A stretch of 64,000 bases of DNA. Source: Klebsormidium nitens. Taxonomy: Eukaryota; Plantae; Klebsormidiophyceae. The notes under the pieces were generated by a model. That model did no database searches. It was not told where the DNA came from and saw only the letters and a program-made list of their open reading frames with translations. The position numbers and the translations under genes are program-made. Shown piece by piece: positions 61,301-64,000 of this stretch. The stretch's first letter is position 1; each line of letters begins with the position of its first letter. The stretch spans positions 124,001 through 188,000 of the forward strand of contig DF237064.1 in NCBI GenBank assembly GCA_000708835.1. The letters run 5' to 3'.

Positions 61301-63826
61301 GCGCATTGAGGCCAACGCAGAATGCGTGGCCGCTCACTTGGAAGGCGCTTCTGAGAAACACAGCGCTCGCCCCCGGCTTCTGCTTAATTCGATCAACACA
61401 AAAATCCAAGTTCAATACATCAGACCAAGGCCGAAGAAGCGTTCTCTTTTTCACTGCGCAAAGTACATTAAGGCCTTCATGTGGCAGAAAAGCCATCCAC
61501 ACGAGAAACCCAAAGAGCAATGTAACTTCCCTGGAGAACGCTCCGCGGAGAGGCGCAGTTCTTGCTTGACCTCGGCACTCAACATCCAGATCTGGATCAT
61601 TTGACCAATGCCCAAGAGGCACTCTCAATCGCCGTCACACATGCTCTCAAAGGCCCTCAAAGAAACCGGCAACACATGGCAACTAACCTGGAAAGCACTC
61701 CGCAGCGACGGCGCAATCGCCCCCGGCTTCTGCTTGACCTTGGTCCACTTATCGACCATGTTCATTGCACCAGACCAGTACCAAACAAGCAATATTCTTC
61801 GGGTTTTGCCAGAGTAATAAAAAGCTCTCAATGAAAAGGTAAAACCAATAACATAGATATTGCAGGATGCACCTGCAGAAGGTTGAATCTTACCTGAAAG
61901 GCGCTTCTGGGGGACGGGGCGATCGCCCCCGGCTTCTGCTTGACCTCGGTCCACTTCATCTCGTCCAGGTCGAGCACGTGCAGGTCGTCAAAGTAGCGCA
62001 CCTCGCGCAGCGTGTCGTAGAAGCCGCCGAACACCAATAGCTTATGCTTGTATAAGACCATGCGGTGGCCGGAGCGCGGGCTCGGGCCGCCCTTGAGGTT
62101 GAGCTGCTCCCACACGTTAGTGTTAAGGTCCAGTCGCCAGAGGTCCTGAAGAAGAAAGGTTTGAGAAGTCGCAATTGTGTGCAAGTGGAGGGAAGCAGGA
62201 CGTTCAGCTTTTCAAAGAAGATACGCTTGCCCAAGTGCAGGGTCAAATCCATCTTCAGGTTGCTATTCCCACACGTTAATGTTGAGATCGAGTCGCTGGG
62301 GGTTCTGAGGAAAGAATGGCTCTCGAAGATGGATACCTGGCGCAAACATAGCGAAGCAGGGGGTTATGCGTGTGTAAGACGACCTAATGAGAGGCTCCGA
62401 CTGCCCTTGAAACAGGGTGCTCCGAGGTTGGTGTTGAGGTTCAGTCGCCAGAGGTCCTGAAGAAAAGATGTATTTCGGGGACGAAGAGACGATCAGCAGG
62501 CGCAGCAAAGTCGAATGTCTGCTCTCACAGGACAACGCGAAGCGGGCTCTTGAGCCGCAATCACCAGCACGTGTCGATTGGGTTTTACCTAGGTGAGCAC
62601 CAAACCAGCAGAACTTCGACAAAAACGGAGAGCCAAGCGAACTGGGCCCTTGAGCGAACAGAATGTAGCACCACGGATTGAGCCCCTCGCCAACGAGCGT
62701 GGCGGGGGCTCACCACTTAGAATGGACCAGCAGTTTACTCTGCCTGGTGTGTGACGAAAAAGCAGGCCGTGGAAGGCGGCGTTGCTTCCGCTTTTTCCCA
62801 GGGGTGAAAGAATTTGTTTTCAAGCGCGGATCCTTAGCCGCTAAGTGTCAGCGTACTTCGTTCGTGATTCAACTTCTGGATCGGGATCATGATCATGCGA
62901 CCACGGGGACTCGACGACTTTGTCAAGCAGACCAGTGACTTTAACACGTAGATCCGGATTACGGACACAAAGCCAGGTTTCAGGCTTGCATAACCGAGTT
63001 CAGAGTGTCTGCAGACGGCCTTCGTTTCCTTTACTCATCCACATCGAGCTCACACGCCTGGAAGATATGCCATGAAAACAGAATTGACACCGCAATCAAA
63101 ACATACTCCAGCAACAGTAGCAAGCAACGGCTGTCTGACCTTGTAGTGATGGAATCGCTCCTGGTTTGGCGATGTGAACTCGCCCCCAAAGATGAACAGA
63201 AAGTTCTTCCAGGCCACCGCTTGGTGGGCACTCCGAGGGGGCGGGCTGTTTGGGCTGGAGACGTGCTTCCATTCCTTCTTCTCGATGTTGTAGCGGTACA
63301 GGTCTCCGTATACATACGTCTGGAGCGTAGGAAGGAGTACTGAGATCAGACCTGAGACCCGGTTTGTTCGTTGCCTCTGTCAATGCTCTATCCTTGCATA
63401 GGCCCTGGTAAGTCTGTTGGCAGATCAGAATGTAAACTGGACGGTTGGCAGGAGATTTTGTGATGTCAGAATGCGAAGGCTAAGGACCCATGCGAGGTTT
63501 GCCAGATATATCGCAAAGCCAAGGAGACGGAGAACTTGGGGAATGGATGAAGATGTGATTTGCTGATGCTAGGCCATTGGTGGTTATTAACCGGACCGGA
63601 GGGGGAGGGGAGCAATGGGAGCAAGCACGAAGTGACAGTCTTTTCTTGACGCTTAGAGATGTCAGGTCTTGAAGATTGAAAGATCGATTCCCAGTATTCA
63701 GGAAGAATCAATGATGGAGACCAGCGAAAAGCAAGCATCGCAGAACTGGCTTCTCACCTTGTCTCCATTGTAGTACTCCCCCCCATACAGAATTAGCTCG
63801 GTGTCTTTGAGAGGATTCAAGGTGAC
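49384..63826 (-). CDS. KLHDC4: Kelch domain-containing protein 4-like (kelch repeats plus C-terminal DUF4110), 5' end beyond the window
   Basis: Exons 63826-63758, 63319-63140, 62145-61894, 58242-58099, 54066-53894, 53486-52847, 52326-52165, 51541-51452, 50884-50717, 50187-50090, 49540-49384, all in phase. Motifs: [72 protein letters not shown], and GESLREFFART..HW...TGKELRRDGFELAEARY (DUF4110-like). Confidence 0.93.
50570..50678 (-). repeat. Young, near-identical copy of the 3' part and donor of KLHDC4 exon 50884-50717
   Basis: gcgcgattgaggccgg(g/a)aagatgt(c/t)gcggaagcagcggaagat...ggacgcggaccggacgcc(a/g)ctg|gtaag is duplicated. The copy carries a 1-nt insertion (CTGGGACAG). Confidence 0.95.
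55620..56230 (-). mobile_element. Probable decayed reverse-transcriptase relic (DIRS/YR-retroelement-like) in a KLHDC4 intron
   Basis: Broken frames give PLSVIFKVAGQILVALRKV (like PL.V..K..GK.RLI.DLR), then SEEERDLL, then W*KNLHCVFIVPYL (YLDD region), then LLRKLTDLG and FLTPQMTFLGVRF. The order fits an RT domain. Many stops and frameshifts; judged by eye only. Confidence 0.4.
57350..58090 (-). repeat. Array of about 4-5 degenerate copies (~160 bp period) of the 3' half, donor and intron start of KLHDC4 exon 58242-58099
   Basis: On plus, ctcacctt(c/t).ccca..tgca..tcc.cgggtccagg.acca...gaacgtt.ccctt..cgt..cccc.gtcttt repeats near 57955, 57790, 57631, 57500 and 57360. One copy translates to KDGGHDKGNVLADMWWLDPRTCTWEK; the real exon reads KDGGGDDKGNVLADIWCLDPRTFIWEK. 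Confidence 0.93.
58530..60620 (-). mobile_element. Possible decayed DIRS-type RNase H / tyrosine-recombinase relic in a KLHDC4 intron
   Basis: Fragments VPWMAMRSHHWVAKDPLSLLNDID (like W.PR..N..AD.LS) and ALDAFAV*RSCAAPLPSLL...IVLFSRTY*CQRL (like VDAF..W...PP..LI...L..P.W) are followed by ACLIVYALLSRLRPLV...LTIVFRLLETSSQY (weakly YR-like). Heavily degenerate. Confidence 0.33.
61200..62470 (-). repeat. Echo arrays on both sides of KLHDC4 exon 62145-61894
   Basis: Donor-side copies of GAGGTCAAGCAGAAGCCGGGGGCGATCGC...CGCCTTTCAG|gt lie at about 61685-61750, 61525-61600 and 61333-61400. Acceptor-side copies of ttcttcag|GACCTCTGGCGACTGGACCTTAACAC lie at about 62255-62315 and 62405-62465. Confidence 0.9.
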
Positions 63827-64000
63827 CTGAACAGGTCACAGCGCACGGCAAGGTTCAGCAATGGCGGAGCTGCAATAAGCAGACCCATTTGCAGAGAATC
63901 CATGCAATTGGATAGCAACCCAAAGTATGAGACTCGTCATGCACGAGCAACAAGCGCTTCCGTTCACCATGTTACCTGATTTTGACTCTTTTGCTTTGGC

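Overview
Eukaryotic, intron-rich nuclear DNA with GC-rich exons, probably from a streptophyte green alga such as Klebsormidium. That assignment is inferred from a nuclear ndhL with a transit peptide, TTTTAGGG telomere-like motifs and the intron style; it is not proven. I assembled seven spliced genes by hand using GT-AG junctions and phase checks: NOP9/APUM23 (-), ndhL/CRR23 (+), ERH (-), a 27-exon ~1660-aa membrane-anchored GlmS-like protein with HExxH, an internal CGNFG amidotransferase domain and SIS domains (+), PGAP3/Per1 (+), a CobW/COG0523 zinc metallochaperone (-) and a 5'-truncated KLHDC4-like kelch protein (-). The strongest non-gene signal is a window-wide pattern of 'exon-junction echoes', which are degenerate tandem copies of exon edges together with their splice sites. 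Acceptor copies lie upstream of the real exon and donor copies lie downstream. Also present are a MITE with 18-bp TIRs, probable decayed DIRS-type retroelement relics in kelch introns, and two apparent lesions in the CobW gene (an in-frame TAG inside a conserved motif and an out-of-phase junction). No prokaryotic operons, rRNA, tRNA or CRISPR arrays were seen.
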